Shown here one piece after another: positions 63,020-64,000 of a DNA stretch of 64,000 bases. The notes under the pieces are model-generated. The model was given only the letters and a program-made list of their open reading frames with translations, was not told where the DNA came from and searched no databases. The position numbers and the translations under genes are program-made. Source of the stretch: Callorhinchus milii (lineage: Eukaryota); the NCBI RefSeq assembly GCF_018977255.1, contig NW_024704742.1, positions 138,200,001-138,264,000 on the forward strand, read 5' to 3'. Each line of letters begins with the position of its first letter. The stretch's first letter is position 1.

Positions 63020-64000
63020 TTACATAAGAAATGCTAGACGAAAAAAGACCAAGATCCATCCACGTAGGGTTCTGACGAAATGTTGAACCACTTTCCTTTC
63101 TCCATAGATGTTGCCTGACCTGCTGAGTGCCCAGCGATCACTGTTTTTGTTTCAGATTTCCAGCATCTGCAGTATTTTGTGTTTTATCCAAGGTCCATCT
63201 AATTCACCTTCCACACTCCTGGCAGTCGCATGCACATATAATAATAATAATAATCCTTGCATTTGATGTAGCGCTTTTCACGTCTTCTTGACGTCTCAAA
63301 GCACTTCACAGAATATACTGTAAAGTGAATTGACTGTATATTTGTGGGCGAACGCGGCAGCCAATTGCGCACAGCAATGTCCCACAAACAGTCGTAGATT
63401 GAAAATGACCAATTTATTATTGTTTTGTTTTGGAGGATTATTATTAGGCTCTGTGTGGAGTAAGGAAACTTGTCCAAGGTTTCGCCCTCTGCCTGGAATC
63501 GAACTCAGGTGTCATATACACACACACACACACACAGCCCGAACTACCTACATCCTAAATTCCATAATGTTATTTCCTAAAAGAAAACTTGTTAATCTGT
63601 TTGAAAGAATCAACATGTCCTGCTTCAGCCGTCTCCCTCGGGAGTCTGTTCCTCAGGTTCCCTATTCGCTCATTGAAATAGTGTTTGCATAGATTTGTTC
63701 TGAATTCCCCCTTCAATCGCAGGCCGTGGCCTCTGGTATTACTATTCTGGACAAGTTGAAACAGACAGTCATGATCCAGATCGTTTGGCCCCTTTAGAAT
63801 CTTAGACAGCAATCATGTCGCCTCTCAATCTGCTCTTTCCCAGTGTGAACACACCCAACTTACTGAGTCGCTCCTCATAGTCCAGTCCCTCCATTCCCTC
63901 AATCATTTGGTTGCCCTCCTCTGTATCTTCTCGATTTCTCCCATATCCTTTTGTACTGCGGTGACCAGAACTGCATACAGTATCTAAGTACAATCTCACC
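63020..64000 (-). mobile_element. CR1 3' end with nested Penelope-like fragment (63061-63187) and SINE (63239-63510)
   Basis: Nearly the same peptide as 45335-45823; the tail matches 49700-49825 once the insertions are removed. Confidence 0.88.

Overview
Repeat-dense vertebrate genomic DNA. The repeat content (Deu-domain SINEs, L2, CR1, Penelope-type fragments) points to a cartilaginous fish; this is an inference. Two 25-N gaps (3531-3555, 23991-24015) split it into three contigs. Three protein-coding genes are recognisable from spliced exons and recalled homology. (1) A CCDC80-like gene has coding exons 1-3 on the minus strand (11529-9472, 8807-8651, 5209-5076), but its next exon (3759-3910) lies on the PLUS strand. 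This implies a local inversion of about 1.3 kb (about 3618-4904), and re-inverting it rejoins a split short repeat. (2) The last four coding exons of C5orf34 (minus, 23990-17242) include a U12-type final intron, and the gene is cut by a gap. (3) PAIP1 exon 1 (plus, 59668-59980) has its exon/intron junction and 5' splice site tandemly amplified about 20 times into intron 1. Also present: a chimeric tRNA-Ala/CORE-like/Deu/L2-tail SINE family with a tail stem-loop swap, a Penelope-type hammerhead motif, an L2-born minisatellite, CTCF motifs, a probable unidentified promoter/first exon near 37.9-39.4 kb and many simple repeats. All homologies are from memory, not database searches. Repeat coordinates are approximate.
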